Below are positions 27,978-38,503 of a DNA stretch of 64,000 nucleotides, piece by piece. The notes beneath the pieces are model-generated. The model was not told the DNA's origin. It made no database searches and saw nothing but the letters and a program-made list of their open reading frames with translations. The translations under genes were made by a program, and so were the position numbers. Origin of the DNA: Parcubacteria group bacterium Greene0416_36 (GTDB lineage Bacteria > Patescibacteriota > Patescibacteriia > VMEV01); assembly GCA_007375725.1 (NCBI GenBank), contig VMEV01000001.1, positions 15,503 to 79,502 on the forward strand, given 5' to 3'. How positions within the stretch are numbered: the stretch's first letter is position 1; every line of letters begins with the position of its first letter.

Positions 27978-28991
27978 TCACCCCACCCCCTTCGATCTCT
28001 GATACTGCCCCAACCCCCGCGATTTCGTACCCGAACGGAGTTTTTTATATTCGTCTTCGGGAAGCTCGGTAATCGCGCAACACTCCGTAGAACAAGTTCC
28101 TCGGAAGCGCGAAACACACTCAGGGCAGGCGATCATGAGTCGATGGCACATGAGATTGGCACAATTGTGGTAATCGTCTCCGGGCTTTCCGCAGATATCG
28201 CAGAAACTTAAAATATCGGCCGTCACGCGCTCGGACATTCGGCCGTCAAAGACAAAATTTTTGCCACGAAATAGAGATGAGATTTCCTCTTTTTTCACAT
28301 CATGTGCATATTTGATCACTCCCCCTTCCAGCTGATATACATTTTTAAAGCCCTGCGCCTTGAGATACGCGCTCGCTTTCTCACAGCGAATGCCGCCCGT
28401 GCAGTAGAGAAGAACCTTCTCATTTTCTTTCCCCGCTAATTTTTCGCGGACCAGAGGCAGCTCATCGCGAAAGGTCACGGCCGGAGGGCAGTAGGCATTC
28501 TGGAATGCCCCAATCCGGCTCTCATAGTGATTGCGCATGTCCACGACATTCGCGCCCTGTTCAATCATCAAATTGAATTCAGAAGCCCTCAAATGAGTGC
28601 CCACGCTTTGCATATCATAAGACCCCAGCGGCAAATTATCCGCCACGATCTGCGCTTTGACCTTGATTTTCAATTTTATAAAAGAGAGGTGATGTTCCAC
28701 CGCGATATTAAGGCGAATCCCTTCCAATCCAAAATCTGTTAAACTTCCCACAAAGCTCTCCCAATTCTTCTGGGGCACCGAAATCTGCGCATTGATTCCC
28801 TCCCCCGCCACATAAATACGTCCCAAAACCCCAATCGCGTCCCAGACAGCGAACAATCGGTCCCGATATTCCCCGGGATTGGCAATCTCAAAATACCAAT
28901 AAAACGATAGTGTTTTTCTGCTTTCTTGTTCACCGAGAACCTTTTGGAGGGCTTCTTCGGGAGAAAGGAGGTTTCGAAGAGGGGAAGACAT
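27978..28991 (-). CDS. trhO: Rhodanese-domain tRNA U34 hydroxylase TrhO (YceA/UPF0176)
   Basis: YCTGGIRCEKASAYL rhodanese active-site loop and a C-terminal Cys cluster. Confidence 0.8.
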   Translation of the reverse strand: MSSPLRNLLSPEEALQKVLGEQESRKTLSFYWYFEIANPGEYRDRLFAVWDAIGVLGRIYVAGEGINAQISVPQKNWESFVGSLTDFGLEGIRLNIAVEHHLSFIKLKIKVKAQIVADNLPLGSYDMQSVGTHLRASEFNLMIEQGANVVDMRNHYESRIGAFQNAYCPPAVTFRDELPLVREKLAGKENEKVLLYCTGGIRCEKASAYLKAQGFKNVYQLEGGVIKYAHDVKKEEISSLFRGKNFVFDGRMSERVTADILSFCDICGKPGDDYHNCANLMCHRLMIACPECVSRFRGTCSTECCAITELPEDEYKKLRSGTKSRGLGQYQRSKGVG

Positions 28992-28997
28992 AAAATT

Positions 28998-30107
28998 CTA
29001 ATTCATCTCGCGCCCCAACTCCTCGAGCAATTCCTTCGCCCGTCGCGACAATTTCTGCGGCACATCTACGGTAATTTTGAAAACATGATCGCCGCGATGG
29101 CCTCGGGAATCCGGTACCCCTTTGCCTTTAAGGCGCACTAAAGCCCCGCCGGCAGTTCCAGCAGACACGACTAATTCAAGGTCGCCATCAAGGGTGCGGA
29201 CTTTCTTTTTTCCTCCCAAGGCGGCGATGGGGTATGAAATCACGAGACCTGAATAAATATCGCGTCCCTGCCGCTCGAATTCGCGGTGAACGCGCACAGA
29301 AATATGTAAATATAAATCTCCGGAAGTGCCTCCCGCCGAAGCATTGCCTTTGCCCATGACCTTCACGACTTCCCCAGAACTAATGCCCGGTGGAATCTGG
29401 ACCTTGATCTGGTCTTTTTGTTGGAGCAGTCCTGAGCCGCCGCATTTCTTGCAAGGCTTCTCGGGCATTTTTCCGGATCCTGAACAGGCCGAACACGTTA
29501 CCACGGTCTGAATATTTCCCAAAAATGTCTGCCGCACCTCGACTCGCTGGCCTTTTCCCGCGCAGGACGGACAGGTCACAATCTTAGTCCCAGCCTGGGA
29601 GCCATTGCCCGAACAGTCGGCGCATTTCTCGACCCTCTGGAGCATGATTTCCTTTTCCACTCCAAACACGGCCTCCTCGAAACCGAGTTCGAGCGCGGCT
29701 TCGATATCCTGGCCGCGCGAAGAACGGGAAGACCGGCCGCGTCCGCCTCTCCCCCCTCCAAAAAAACCCTCAAACATGTCTCCCAAATCCCCAAAATCAA
29801 AATGCACACCCCCTTGTCCGCCTCCGCCCCCAAAACCTTGGGCGAAATCCTGCCAATTGAATCCCCCAGCGCCGCCCTGCCCGCCCATTCCTCCCTGAGA
29901 ATCAAAAGTCGTCCCATACTGATCGTATTGGGCCCGCTTGGCCTTGTCGGAAAGCACCTTATACGCCATGGCTACCTCCTTGAATTTCTCCGCATCTCCC
30001 CCTTTTTTATCAGGATGATATTGATGCGCCTTGGTACGAAAGGCCTTTTTGATCTCTTCCTCAGAGGCGGTTTTGGGAATGCCTAAAATATCGTAGTAAT
30101 TTTTCAT
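28998..30107 (-). CDS. dnaJ: Chaperone DnaJ
   Basis: J-domain HPD motif (YHPDKK), Gly-rich linker, four CxxCxG zinc repeats. Confidence 0.95.
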   Translation of the reverse strand: MKNYYDILGIPKTASEEEIKKAFRTKAHQYHPDKKGGDAEKFKEVAMAYKVLSDKAKRAQYDQYGTTFDSQGGMGGQGGAGGFNWQDFAQGFGGGGGQGGVHFDFGDLGDMFEGFFGGGRGGRGRSSRSSRGQDIEAALELGFEEAVFGVEKEIMLQRVEKCADCSGNGSQAGTKIVTCPSCAGKGQRVEVRQTFLGNIQTVVTCSACSGSGKMPEKPCKKCGGSGLLQQKDQIKVQIPPGISSGEVVKVMGKGNASAGGTSGDLYLHISVRVHREFERQGRDIYSGLVISYPIAALGGKKKVRTLDGDLELVVSAGTAGGALVRLKGKGVPDSRGHRGDHVFKITVDVPQKLSRRAKELLEELGREMN

Positions 30108-30115
30108 GTGTTTAT

Positions 30116-31972
30116 TTATTTCTGTTCCCCCGTCGGATTTTCAGGATTCGCTCCCGGAGGCGGAGTTCCGCCCTGAGCACCGTACATATGTTCACCAATC
30201 TTCATGGCTGCAGCCTGTACCGCATCGATTGCCGATTTGATTTCCGCGGCATTCTCGGAATTCTGTACTTTTTTGAGGGCTTCGAGCTTCTCGGCCACGT
30301 CTTTCTGATCTTCTGGTTTCACCTTATCTCCCAGGTCTTTAACTGTTTTTTCCGTGGTGTAAATCGTTGTCTGGGCCATATTCTTTGCCTCAGCCAACTC
30401 TTTCTTCACGCGGTCTTCAGCTTCGTGGACTTTTGCCTCATTGGCCATCTTCTCGATTTCCTCTTTGGAAAGTCCGGAAGAAGCGGTAATGGCCACTTTC
30501 TGAGTTTTACCCGTGGCTTTGTCGAGCGCCGAGACATTCACAATGCCATTAGCGTCGATATCAAAACTCACTTCGATCTGCGGCACACCCCGGTGAGCGG
30601 GCGGGATGCCGTCGAGAATGAATCGGGCCAAGGTCTTATTGTCTCGAGCCATTTCGCGCTCGCCTTGGAGCACATGAATTTCCACCGTGGTCTGATTGTC
30701 CGCGGCCGTCGAAAAAACCTGTTTATGAGAAGTGGGAACCGTGGTATTTCGAGTAATCATCTTGGTGGAAATTCCTCCCATAGTTTCAATTCCCAAGGAC
30801 AAAGGGGTGACATCGAGAAGCAAAATATCCTTGACCTCTCCTTGCAAAATTCCGCCTTGGATTGCGGCGCCCATGGCCACGACTTCATCGGGATTCACCG
30901 AAACATTGGGCTTCTTCTTGAAAAATCCTTCCACGGTCTGGAGTACCAATGGCATGCGGGTCATACCGCCGACCATGATGATTTCGTCCATATCTGCGAC
31001 CGAATATTTCGAATCAGCCAAGGCCTTTTTGCAAGGCTCCATAGTCTTCTCCACCAGATGACGAGTCAATTCCTCAAGCTTCGATCGCGTGAATTTCTTG
31101 ACCAAATGCTTGGGGCCGGAAGCGTCAGAGGTAATGAACGGCTGGTTGATCTCGGTTTCGAGCGAGGTGGAAAGCTCGATTTTGGCCTTTTCTCCGGCTT
31201 CCTTGAGGCGCTGGAGAGCCATTTGATCCTTGGACAGATCAATCCCATATTCTTTTTTGAAGTCAGTGATCAGCCAGTCGATAATGACCTGGTCGAAATC
31301 ATCGCCACCCAATCGAGTATCGCCATTGGTCGCCTTCACTTCGACTGTATCGTCGCCGATTTCAAGCACGGATACATCAAAGGTTCCTCCACCTAAATCA
31401 TAGACGAGAATTTTCTGCCCTTTTTTCTTATCGAAACCATAGGCCAAAGCAGAAGCAGTCGGCTCATTGATAATGCGTTTGACATCCAGTCCCGCAATTT
31501 TTCCCGCGTCCTTGGTGGCCTGTCTCTGGGAATCGTCAAAATAAGCGGGAACCGTGATCACGGCTTCGGTGATCTTTTCTCCAAGCCGTTCCTCAGCATC
31601 CAGCTTGAGCTTCTGAAGCACCATGGCGGAGATTTCCTGCGGAGTATATTCCTTTCCGGCCATCACAACCTTCACTCCGTCTCCAGAACGAATCACTTTG
31701 TAGGGAAGCGTTTTGGTCGAATTTGTCACGGACGAATCATCGAAACGGCGGCCGATGAGCCGCTTGATCGAATACAGCGTATTTTCCGGATTAGTCACCG
31801 ACTGGCGCTTAGCCAATTGGCCCACCAATCGCTCGCCGCTTTTAGTTGTGGCAATCACGGACGGCGTGGTTCTGGCTCCTTCCTTATTCTCCAGGACGCG
31901 TACCTTCCCTCCCTCCATCACCGCCATAGCCGAATTTGTCGTACCTAAATCAATACCTAATATTTTTGGCAT
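30116..31972 (-). CDS. dnaK: Chaperone DnaK (Hsp70)
   Basis: [18 protein letters not shown] and IVNVSAxDKxTGK signatures. Confidence 0.97.
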   Translation of the reverse strand: MPKILGIDLGTTNSAMAVMEGGKVRVLENKEGARTTPSVIATTKSGERLVGQLAKRQSVTNPENTLYSIKRLIGRRFDDSSVTNSTKTLPYKVIRSGDGVKVVMAGKEYTPQEISAMVLQKLKLDAEERLGEKITEAVITVPAYFDDSQRQATKDAGKIAGLDVKRIINEPTASALAYGFDKKKGQKILVYDLGGGTFDVSVLEIGDDTVEVKATNGDTRLGGDDFDQVIIDWLITDFKKEYGIDLSKDQMALQRLKEAGEKAKIELSTSLETEINQPFITSDASGPKHLVKKFTRSKLEELTRHLVEKTMEPCKKALADSKYSVADMDEIIMVGGMTRMPLVLQTVEGFFKKKPNVSVNPDEVVAMGAAIQGGILQGEVKDILLLDVTPLSLGIETMGGISTKMITRNTTVPTSHKQVFSTAADNQTTVEIHVLQGEREMARDNKTLARFILDGIPPAHRGVPQIEVSFDIDANGIVNVSALDKATGKTQKVAITASSGLSKEEIEKMANEAKVHEAEDRVKKELAEAKNMAQTTIYTTEKTVKDLGDKVKPEDQKDVAEKLEALKKVQNSENAAEIKSAIDAVQAAAMKIGEHMYGAQGGTPPPGANPENPTGEQK

Positions 31973-31983
31973 ATTATTTACAT

Positions 31984-32069
31984 AAAATCCCCCTCAGTCC
32001 CCCTTTGACAAGGGGGAGGCTGCTACGCCCCCTCCCTTGTCAAAGGGAGGGTTGGGGAGGAATTTGTTG
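31984..32069. repeat. GC-rich palindromic repeat element, copy 4 (between the dnaK start and the hsp20 stop)
   Basis: aaaatccccctcagtccccctttgacaagggggaggctgctacgccccctcccttgtcaaagggagggttggggaggaatttgttg. Confidence 0.8.
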
Positions 32070-32071
32070 TT

Positions 32072-32506
32072 TTACTTAATATTCTTAACTTTAATCTGTT
32101 TAATTTTCTTCGATTCTTCTTTTTCCTTTGGAATTAAGACTCGGAGGATGCCGTTTTTGGAATATTCAGCTTCGGCTTTATCAAGCAGAAGCCCGGTTGG
32201 CAATGGAATCACTCGAGAAAACTGTCCGGTCTGGATTTCTTTCCTATAATATTTTTCCTCTTCCACCTCGGTCTTGGTCTCAGTTTTACCGGACACCACC
32301 AGACGTCCTTCCTCTACGCTCAGCTCCACATCCTCGCTTTTGACCTTTGGAATGGATAATTCCACAACCAAATTGCCCTTTTCAAGATACATGTCCATTT
32401 TTGGAACAAAAGACATATCAGTCCAGCCCTTTGGAATATCGAGGGCAAATTCTTTGAAAAACTTGTCAAAATCCCCGGACATGGGGATGAGATTGATGAT
32501 GGACAT
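32072..32506 (-). CDS. Hsp20/alpha-crystallin family small heat-shock protein
   Basis: Alpha-crystallin domain (DMYLEKGNLVVELSIPKVKSEDVELSVEEGRLVVSGK, GILRVLIPK). Start set at MSIINLIP. Confidence 0.85.
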   Translation of the reverse strand: MSIINLIPMSGDFDKFFKEFALDIPKGWTDMSFVPKMDMYLEKGNLVVELSIPKVKSEDVELSVEEGRLVVSGKTETKTEVEEEKYYRKEIQTGQFSRVIPLPTGLLLDKAEAEYSKNGILRVLIPKEKEESKKIKQIKVKNIK

Positions 32507-32513
32507 AGAAAAT

Positions 32514-32599
32514 AACAAATCCCCCTCGGTCCCCCTTTGACAAGGGGGAAGCTGCTACCCCCTCCCTTGTCAAAGGGAGGGTTGGGGAGGGATTTGTTG
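32514..32599. repeat. GC-rich palindromic repeat element, copy 5 (between hsp20 and grpE)
   Basis: Same family; near-identical to copies 2 and 3. Confidence 0.8.
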
Positions 32600-32611
32600 C
32601 TAAATTGTTAA

Positions 32612-33127
32612 TTACTTCGCCACAATCACCTTTGCATGACGGAGAACCTGGCCGTTATATTCATACGCTCCGCATAATTCACGGAGAACGACACCGGACA
32701 CTCCGTCTTTGACCATTTCCTCTCCCACAGTTTCGGCATATTTCGGATCATAGGGCTTACCCAACAGCTCGATACGTTTGACTCCCAAACCAGATAGAAA
32801 CACATCCATTTGGCGTCGAATGCCAATAATACCCACCACCCAATCTTGTTTTTTCTGATCCTCGGGAATAAAGTTTCCTGCCATGTCCCAGTGTTCCACC
32901 ACCGGCAAAAGGCCTTTGATGAAAGACTGGAACGAAAATTCTTTCATCTTGTCCTCCCGGCGAACCACTTCTTTTTCCATATTCTGATAGTCCGCGAGCG
33001 CTCGTTTCCACCCCACGAGATACTCCAGCGCTTCTTTTGTTTTCACCGCCAGCTCGTCTTTTAAATTCTGTATTTCGAGAAGGGTGATTGATTTATTTTC
33101 TTGACTTTTTTGTTCTTCATTATTCAT
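32612..33127 (-). CDS. grpE: Nucleotide exchange factor GrpE
   Basis: WKRALADYQN and a C-terminal beta-domain pattern. Confidence 0.9.
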   Translation of the reverse strand: MNNEEQKSQENKSITLLEIQNLKDELAVKTKEALEYLVGWKRALADYQNMEKEVVRREDKMKEFSFQSFIKGLLPVVEHWDMAGNFIPEDQKKQDWVVGIIGIRRQMDVFLSGLGVKRIELLGKPYDPKYAETVGEEMVKDGVSGVVLRELCGAYEYNGQVLRHAKVIVAK

Positions 33128-33153
33128 ATTTTTGTAGTGGATTATCTTTCTAT

Positions 33154-33276
33154 CCGACCCTTCGACTCGGGGCCCTTTGGGCCGCCTCGCTCAGGGTCTA
33201 GCGACCCACACCTCTAGCCACGGGTCGCAGACCCTGAGCGAGGCGGCCGAGTATCGGCCCCGAGTCGAAGGGTCGG
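33154..33276. repeat. 123-bp GC-rich near-perfect palindrome with a nested central hairpin
   Basis: ccgacccttcgactcggggcc...gccgcctcgctcagggtc / gaccctgagcgaggcggc...ggccccgagtcgaagggtcgg with inner gcgaccc-N14-gggtcgc. About 65% GC in an otherwise AT-leaning region. Confidence 0.7.
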
Positions 33277-33330
33277 TAACAAAGCACAGAATAATATAAA
33301 GGAGAAAGTCATTCTATTGTAAAACACAAC

Positions 33331-33906
33331 CTACTTCCTAATTTTTAAATCATACAAAATCTCCTCCACTCGGCTCAAATTGCGCTTGGCGTCATCGAAT
33401 TTGGAACGGAGTTTGCCGACTAGGTCGAAACCCAAAAGGCCGGCGACCACATTTTCGGTGAAAGCGCGGATATTTTTGATTTCAGACTCCGAATCCTTCT
33501 TGCCTTCTACAACCAAGAGCACAGCGCGGCGAACCAGTTCACCGGTCACATCGCAAACAGCCCCCAAATACTCCTCAAAAAATTCGACTTCCACGGACTT
33601 GAGTAATTCCACAGATTCTCCTTTGAGATACATATAAAAAAACTTAGCTTCAAGATATTCTTCCAGCGCCGCGCGAAACACGCCTTCGGAATCCTCGCCG
33701 TCGGAGAGCCGGTTGATGTCCTTGATTTTGGCATCCATCAAATCAAAATTCTTCTCGGCCAGAGCTAAATCATTGCGATGCAGAGCAAAAATAGACTGTT
33801 TGGCAAGCTTCAAAATATCAGAAGACTCGGCAATAACGGCGTGACGGCTCTCTCGATATTTTTGATAATGAGACAAAAGCTCAGGAAACATTTTTTTAGA
33901 GATCAT
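33331..33906 (-). CDS. Translin-family-like protein embedded in the heat-shock operon
   Basis: LEEYLEAKFFYMYLKG and DVTGELVRRAV resemble the translin motifs QEYVEAVSFQHFIK and DLTGELMRM. Confidence 0.5.
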   Translation of the reverse strand: MISKKMFPELLSHYQKYRESRHAVIAESSDILKLAKQSIFALHRNDLALAEKNFDLMDAKIKDINRLSDGEDSEGVFRAALEEYLEAKFFYMYLKGESVELLKSVEVEFFEEYLGAVCDVTGELVRRAVLLVVEGKKDSESEIKNIRAFTENVVAGLLGFDLVGKLRSKFDDAKRNLSRVEEILYDLKIRK

Positions 33907-33937
33907 ATTTTTTCTATTTTAATCATGTGAAGCGGAA

Positions 33938-34018
33938 GCAACAAATCCCCCTTAATCCCCCTTTGACAAGGGGGAGACTGCGCCCTCCCTTGTCAAATGG
34001 AGGGTTGGGGAGGGATTT
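33938..34018. repeat. GC-rich palindromic repeat element, copy 6 (between translin-like and hrcA)
   Basis: gcaacaaatcccccttaatccccctttgacaagggggagactgcgccctcccttgtcaaatggagggttggggagggatt. Confidence 0.8.
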
Positions 34019-34022
34019 TTAT

Positions 34023-34712
34023 TTAAAATTGTTCAATTTTATTACGGCAGTATTCGAGCAAGGTCACATTATAATTATAATCCATTCTCATGGGGCCTAG
34101 GAGAGCCAGCATTCCGGGCACTTTATTTTCATAACGAACCAGTAAGGTGGAATAATAAGCTCCAAAAGGATTATTATTTCCCACAAAAATATTCACTTCT
34201 CGGTCAATCTCGCCAAACACACGAGAGGCCGCTCCGGTGAGATTATCAAGCAAAACCGAAACATCCCGAACCTGATCGATTTCATGAAATTCTTTCTTGG
34301 AAAAAAGATGAGAAAGTCCGGTATAAAACACGTCACTATCCGAAAAAGCCACTATCGCCAAGTCCACCGAGCAATTGGCCAGCCCCTTTGCCATATTTTT
34401 GGACCGTGTACGAAAATCCAAATTCTCGCCCAAGGCCGACTCTTCCAAAAGTGCCCGGTCCTTGGCGGTTAACTCGCGGCGATCCATGCAATGAGCGATA
34501 TAGTGCTGATAGGCAACTTCCGTAGGAATTCTGCCGGCGGAAACATGCGGCTGATGCAAATACCCCAGGGTCTCCAGCTCCGACATTTCATTCCGAATGG
34601 TAGCCGAAGACAATTTTTGCGACGAAGACAAAGCGACCGAACCAATAGGTTCGCCGGTTTCAATATAGCTTTTCACTATTTTTCGCAGAAGGTGTTCTTG
34701 TCTCTCGGTCAT
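34023..34712 (-). CDS. hrcA: Heat-inducible transcription repressor HrcA (short form)
   Basis: N-terminal wHTH (RQEHLLRKIVKSYIETGEPIGS) and sits downstream of a CIRCE element. Confidence 0.85.
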   Translation of the reverse strand: MTERQEHLLRKIVKSYIETGEPIGSVALSSSQKLSSATIRNEMSELETLGYLHQPHVSAGRIPTEVAYQHYIAHCMDRRELTAKDRALLEESALGENLDFRTRSKNMAKGLANCSVDLAIVAFSDSDVFYTGLSHLFSKKEFHEIDQVRDVSVLLDNLTGAASRVFGEIDREVNIFVGNNNPFGAYYSTLLVRYENKVPGMLALLGPMRMDYNYNVTLLEYCRNKIEQF

Positions 34713-34772
34713 AGTGTCATTGCGAGAATCGGCGTCTTAGCCGAAGCGAAGCAATCTCATGGAAAAATCCTT

Positions 34773-34799
34773 TTAGCACTCACCAAAGACGACTGCTAA
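34773..34799. promoter_or_regulatory. CIRCE operator (HrcA binding site)
   Basis: TTAGCACTC-N9-GACTGCTAA; one mismatch to the TTAGCACTC-N9-GAGTGCTAA consensus; immediately upstream of hrcA. Confidence 0.7.
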
Positions 34800-34895
34800 A
34801 AGCATTATAGGAACACCCAAAAACAATGTCAAATACAAACGCAAAAACGCCCTATATAAAAGCGTTTTTCAATGCAATTGATCCCAAATCTAGAG

Positions 34896-35480
34896 TTAGA
34901 TTTTCTCAGGAACCCAAAAGCTAAACTGACTCGGCACCTCGAGCAATTTTTTCTCACCCAAGGCAGAAAGCACGGACCGCATGCAGTAATATTCGGGAAT
35001 AAAATCATGCGTTCCCGCGCACCACGCGTTTCGATTGTCCGACAAATCTTTGCGAATCGAATCCAAGGTCTTCCATTCCAAATCCGCCACCTCGCTGGCC
35101 TGGGGCACCAAATCTTTAATCGGCACCGAAGAAAGAATCACGAACTCCTTGACCCACAATCGAGCGATCTCAATCTTGGTCACCCGCCAAGGGATCAATT
35201 TCTCCGGAGAGACCCAGAGCCCCACTTCCTCACTCAATTCTTTTTGGGCATTGGATTCATAAGATTCGCCGACCCCCACATGTCCGCCAAAATGAGTGGA
35301 CCACACTCCGGGCATGCGTTCTTTGGCCAAGGACCTCTTGTGACAGAGAATTTCTCCCTCATGACTCATCACAAACACATTGGTCGACCGGCACCACATT
35401 TTTTTCTCCAGTACCTCGGCCCGAGGAGCACACCCTTTTTCAATATTTGTATGCTCACATACGATTGGAAGCATTTCCAT
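34896..35480 (-). CDS. NUDIX hydrolase
   Basis: Nudix box GGHVGVGESYESNAQKELSEEVG. Confidence 0.75.
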   Translation of the reverse strand: MEMLPIVCEHTNIEKGCAPRAEVLEKKMWCRSTNVFVMSHEGEILCHKRSLAKERMPGVWSTHFGGHVGVGESYESNAQKELSEEVGLWVSPEKLIPWRVTKIEIARLWVKEFVILSSVPIKDLVPQASEVADLEWKTLDSIRKDLSDNRNAWCAGTHDFIPEYYCMRSVLSALGEKKLLEVPSQFSFWVPEKI

Positions 35481-35881
35481 ATCATTAAAAAGCAGGAAAA
35501 CAAAAAAACGCCAACATGACGTTTCAAAACTCCATTATATTCTAAAAAAGAGTCTCGAAACAAAATGGATCCTCTATTATTGAGGACAATCAGCTGATTT
35601 TCTTATTCCCGCCAAAAGCTAAGAATAAATCCATTTGTTTCAAAGTTTTGGTCCGTTTTTAGTTCCTTCAGATTGGCGAGTACCGCAAATATTGCGAATC
35701 GGAGAGCCAATCTGAATAAAAACAGCTTCAATCTTGAAACAAATGTACAGCTATTGTAGCGCAATTTACGGATAAAATCAAGCCCTTTTAAAATTCGACC
35801 CTTGAAATAATTTCCCCGAAATGCTATCTTAATCCCGTTATTAGTGTTCTCTACATTTTTTCATAAATCAGGAGATAATTC

Positions 35882-36403
35882 TTGAAAAAAAAGATTATCG
35901 CCGTGGTCATGGGCTACGGCGCAATATTTCATGAGGGAATACGACAGTATCTAAATAAATTTCATGAACACTCCCAAAAAATACAGTATTCGGTCATCAT
36001 CACGGCCGGAGGAGTCACGAATCCAATCAAAGCTCCCGGGGTCAGCGAAGCTGGAATGATGGCGGATTACTTGGAGTCGCTACAACTCACAACTCCCATA
36101 ATCAGAGAAGATAAATCTCATAGCACAAATGAGAATCTAAGAGAAGTCAAAAAGCTATTAGATTTGCACAATATCAAGGTTGGGACAATAGTGATCTACA
36201 GTGATGCGATTAGAGCTTTCAAAATTCGAATCATTGGCAGAATCATTCTAGGAATATGGCCCCAAGTCATTGGCTATCCCCTCACCAAAAGCTGGAAAAG
36301 CAAAGTATTGCAAATCCTGATCGCCACCCCGCTGGACATTCTGGGTGCGCTATTCCCCCAACTCGAAAAAATCGAACGGGCGATACTCAAACTCAGGAAA
36401 TAA
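35882..36403 (+). CDS. YdcF/DUF218-like protein
   Basis: VVMGYG....ITAGGVT....SEA..M pattern typical of DUF218; weak. Confidence 0.45.
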   Translation: MKKKIIAVVMGYGAIFHEGIRQYLNKFHEHSQKIQYSVIITAGGVTNPIKAPGVSEAGMMADYLESLQLTTPIIREDKSHSTNENLREVKKLLDLHNIKVGTIVIYSDAIRAFKIRIIGRIILGIWPQVIGYPLTKSWKSKVLQILIATPLDILGALFPQLEKIERAILKLRK

Positions 36404-36594
36404 AAAAATTTATTTCTCATCAAAAATACAAAAGCAGTAAGGAAAATAGAATTCTTACCGCTTTTTTAAATCCCCAAAAAACTCATGAATGCATGTAGAA
36501 AAAAACAAATCGCAATTTGACTTTTAACACAAACAATGCTATGTATTTCTTGCGTACATGAACAATTGAATACCCCTCCAAATAAGGAGATCAC

Positions 36595-38127
36595 ATGAAG
36601 TTCAATGGAAAAAAATTAATAAAAGCGGGGATCAAAGTCATTGCCGAAGGAATCCCTTTTTTTGGGAAATTCATCAAAGCCATCGGCGAGATGGAATCCG
36701 AAGAACAAAGCATCGAGATGCAGGAAGGCATCAAGCAATCGGAATCCAGAATCGATGTGCTCGAAGATGCCATTCAGGATATCCTGACTCAGAATACTGA
36801 TATTGATTCTTCGGTCAGAAAAATCAAAGAGGTACTGGAGAACCCACAAACTTGCCTGAATTTCTCACTACTCCCCAATCTCATCAAAGGAAAACACGAT
36901 TTCTTCAAGATACTTGCTTCCCCCGGAGATTACGGCGGAACCGTTACCAGTCCCCTCGGAGCCACCGAATACCAAAAACATCTCATCCCCATTATTTCCT
37001 ACGCCCCCGACGGAGAAACCTTGCTCGTGACCCAATTCCCAATCGGAACATTCAAACTGATTTCGAATGTTCTCAAACTCGAACATCCCGACCGCCTTTT
37101 ATCTGCTCACGATGAACAGTCTATCTGGACCCTGAAGAAAGAGATGCCTATTTTCCATGAAACCTCAAATCAAGCAAAGATTGCAGAAGAACGCGTCCAA
37201 AACAATTGGACTCCTCTGGGCGGAAAAATAGACGGATGGGAAATCATACGGTTCGTCATGGACGATGATATAAAGTACTGGGATTCAAAAATCAAAACTC
37301 TAAAAACGCATCGATTTCAACCAAAAATCCTTTTGATTTTCGATTACTCCGTAAAAAATGTCCTGAAGGAAAGCGGAATGTTTGAACTGATCGATTTCTT
37401 CTGCGAACAAAAAACAATTCCATCTTTTGTGACAGGCGGAGAACACATTAAACAATCCCTCATTCGTTCTGGTCTTTTAAACCAGGATCCTTTTGGAAAG
37501 ATAAAAACGCTTCACGGTTATGGATTCAAATATTTTTCTTCTTGGGCAGAATTGAATGGAGAATTGGATATCCTCAGAAAAAAAAGCAACCCAATCAAAG
37601 CAAAAGCCCAACCAGATGACAATTCAGATCCCTATCTGAAAAGAATTGAAATCCACCCCCAAAAAAACCGACAGGATGAAGTGACATTTGTGAAAAAGGA
37701 AAGCCAATGGTCTATAGGCAAAGAAAAAAAACGCCGTCATTATAGCGAGGTACAAATAATGAATCCGATGGAAGAAGAAAAGGCATATAGGTCTATTATA
37801 GACATGCGCATTCATGACGCTCATATTGTATGCTTCAACTTCGAACACTATGAATGCTATAAAGGAGAAACTCCTTACTGCGATACCATGAACAAATTTC
37901 TAGGTCAGGCCGATACTGAGAGTAATCCTAAACACAAAAAGCAACAAATATCCTTGTGTTTCCAGAAAAAAGTAACATTATTGATCCTTGGTAACCCAAC
38001 TATGACCAAGGAGATCAACCTTTGGCATGGCATCGAGGATTTTGAAAAAGCATGTCAGCTCCTCTATATGCCGAGCAATTTACACAAGGAGGAGTATTTA
38101 AAACAATTCCAGCTTACTCTAGTCTAA
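36595..38127 (+). CDS. Hypothetical 510-aa protein (orphan). N-terminal amphipathic helical region; central/C-terminal domain with a possible TIR-like signature; C-terminal Cys/His cluster.
   Basis: Long ORF with an RBS-like aggagatcac upstream. KILLIFDYS ... FKYFSSWAELNGELD weakly resembles the TIR betaA and SxWCxxEL motifs; unverified. Confidence 0.5.
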   Translation: MKFNGKKLIKAGIKVIAEGIPFFGKFIKAIGEMESEEQSIEMQEGIKQSESRIDVLEDAIQDILTQNTDIDSSVRKIKEVLENPQTCLNFSLLPNLIKGKHDFFKILASPGDYGGTVTSPLGATEYQKHLIPIISYAPDGETLLVTQFPIGTFKLISNVLKLEHPDRLLSAHDEQSIWTLKKEMPIFHETSNQAKIAEERVQNNWTPLGGKIDGWEIIRFVMDDDIKYWDSKIKTLKTHRFQPKILLIFDYSVKNVLKESGMFELIDFFCEQKTIPSFVTGGEHIKQSLIRSGLLNQDPFGKIKTLHGYGFKYFSSWAELNGELDILRKKSNPIKAKAQPDDNSDPYLKRIEIHPQKNRQDEVTFVKKESQWSIGKEKKRRHYSEVQIMNPMEEEKAYRSIIDMRIHDAHIVCFNFEHYECYKGETPYCDTMNKFLGQADTESNPKHKKQQISLCFQKKVTLLILGNPTMTKEINLWHGIEDFEKACQLLYMPSNLHKEEYLKQFQLTLV

Positions 38128-38203
38128 AACCAAAATAATTTCATATTATACAAATAATATAAGCCATCAGGACCGAATCTGATGGCTTTGTTTTCTGTGC
38201 CTA

Positions 38204-38503
38204 TTGTTGAACAAAGATTCGGAATTTGGAGATGTGCAGGTAAGGTTAAAAATCAGCCACTCCGACAACCTAGGCAAACAAACGGCCAGCTGTTTTTTTG
38301 CAAGATTCGAAGAAATCGAATCAATAAAGGTGCAAGATCCCAACAAATGGCAATATTACGAAGACCCTCAGGATGGTCGTTCCCTGGAAATTAGTTCAAT
38401 AGAAATGCTTCAATTCTATGGAAATCAGACATGGGAAATGTTGGAAATCGTTAAAAAAATAGGAGTAAAAAGCCTAACAGACACAACCAAGAGCTTTTCC
38501 TAA
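38204..38503 (+). CDS. Hypothetical 99-aa protein
   Basis: ORF downstream of the 510-aa gene on the same strand. Confidence 0.3.
   Translation: MLNKDSEFGDVQVRLKISHSDNLGKQTASCFFARFEEIESIKVQDPNKWQYYEDPQDGRSLEISSIEMLQFYGNQTWEMLEIVKKIGVKSLTDTTKSFS

Noticed and set aside
30188-31396. 402-aa plus-strand ORF, one of many long ORFs in the track that are antisense to confident genes (here dnaK)
   Set aside because: These are shadow ORFs with low-complexity translations that fully overlap strongly supported minus-strand genes. The same reasoning applies to 2103..2609, 14945..15304, 20221..21054 (antisense to the adaptor), 34872..35519, 53052..53873, 54072..54698, 54942..55346 and 62762..63427.
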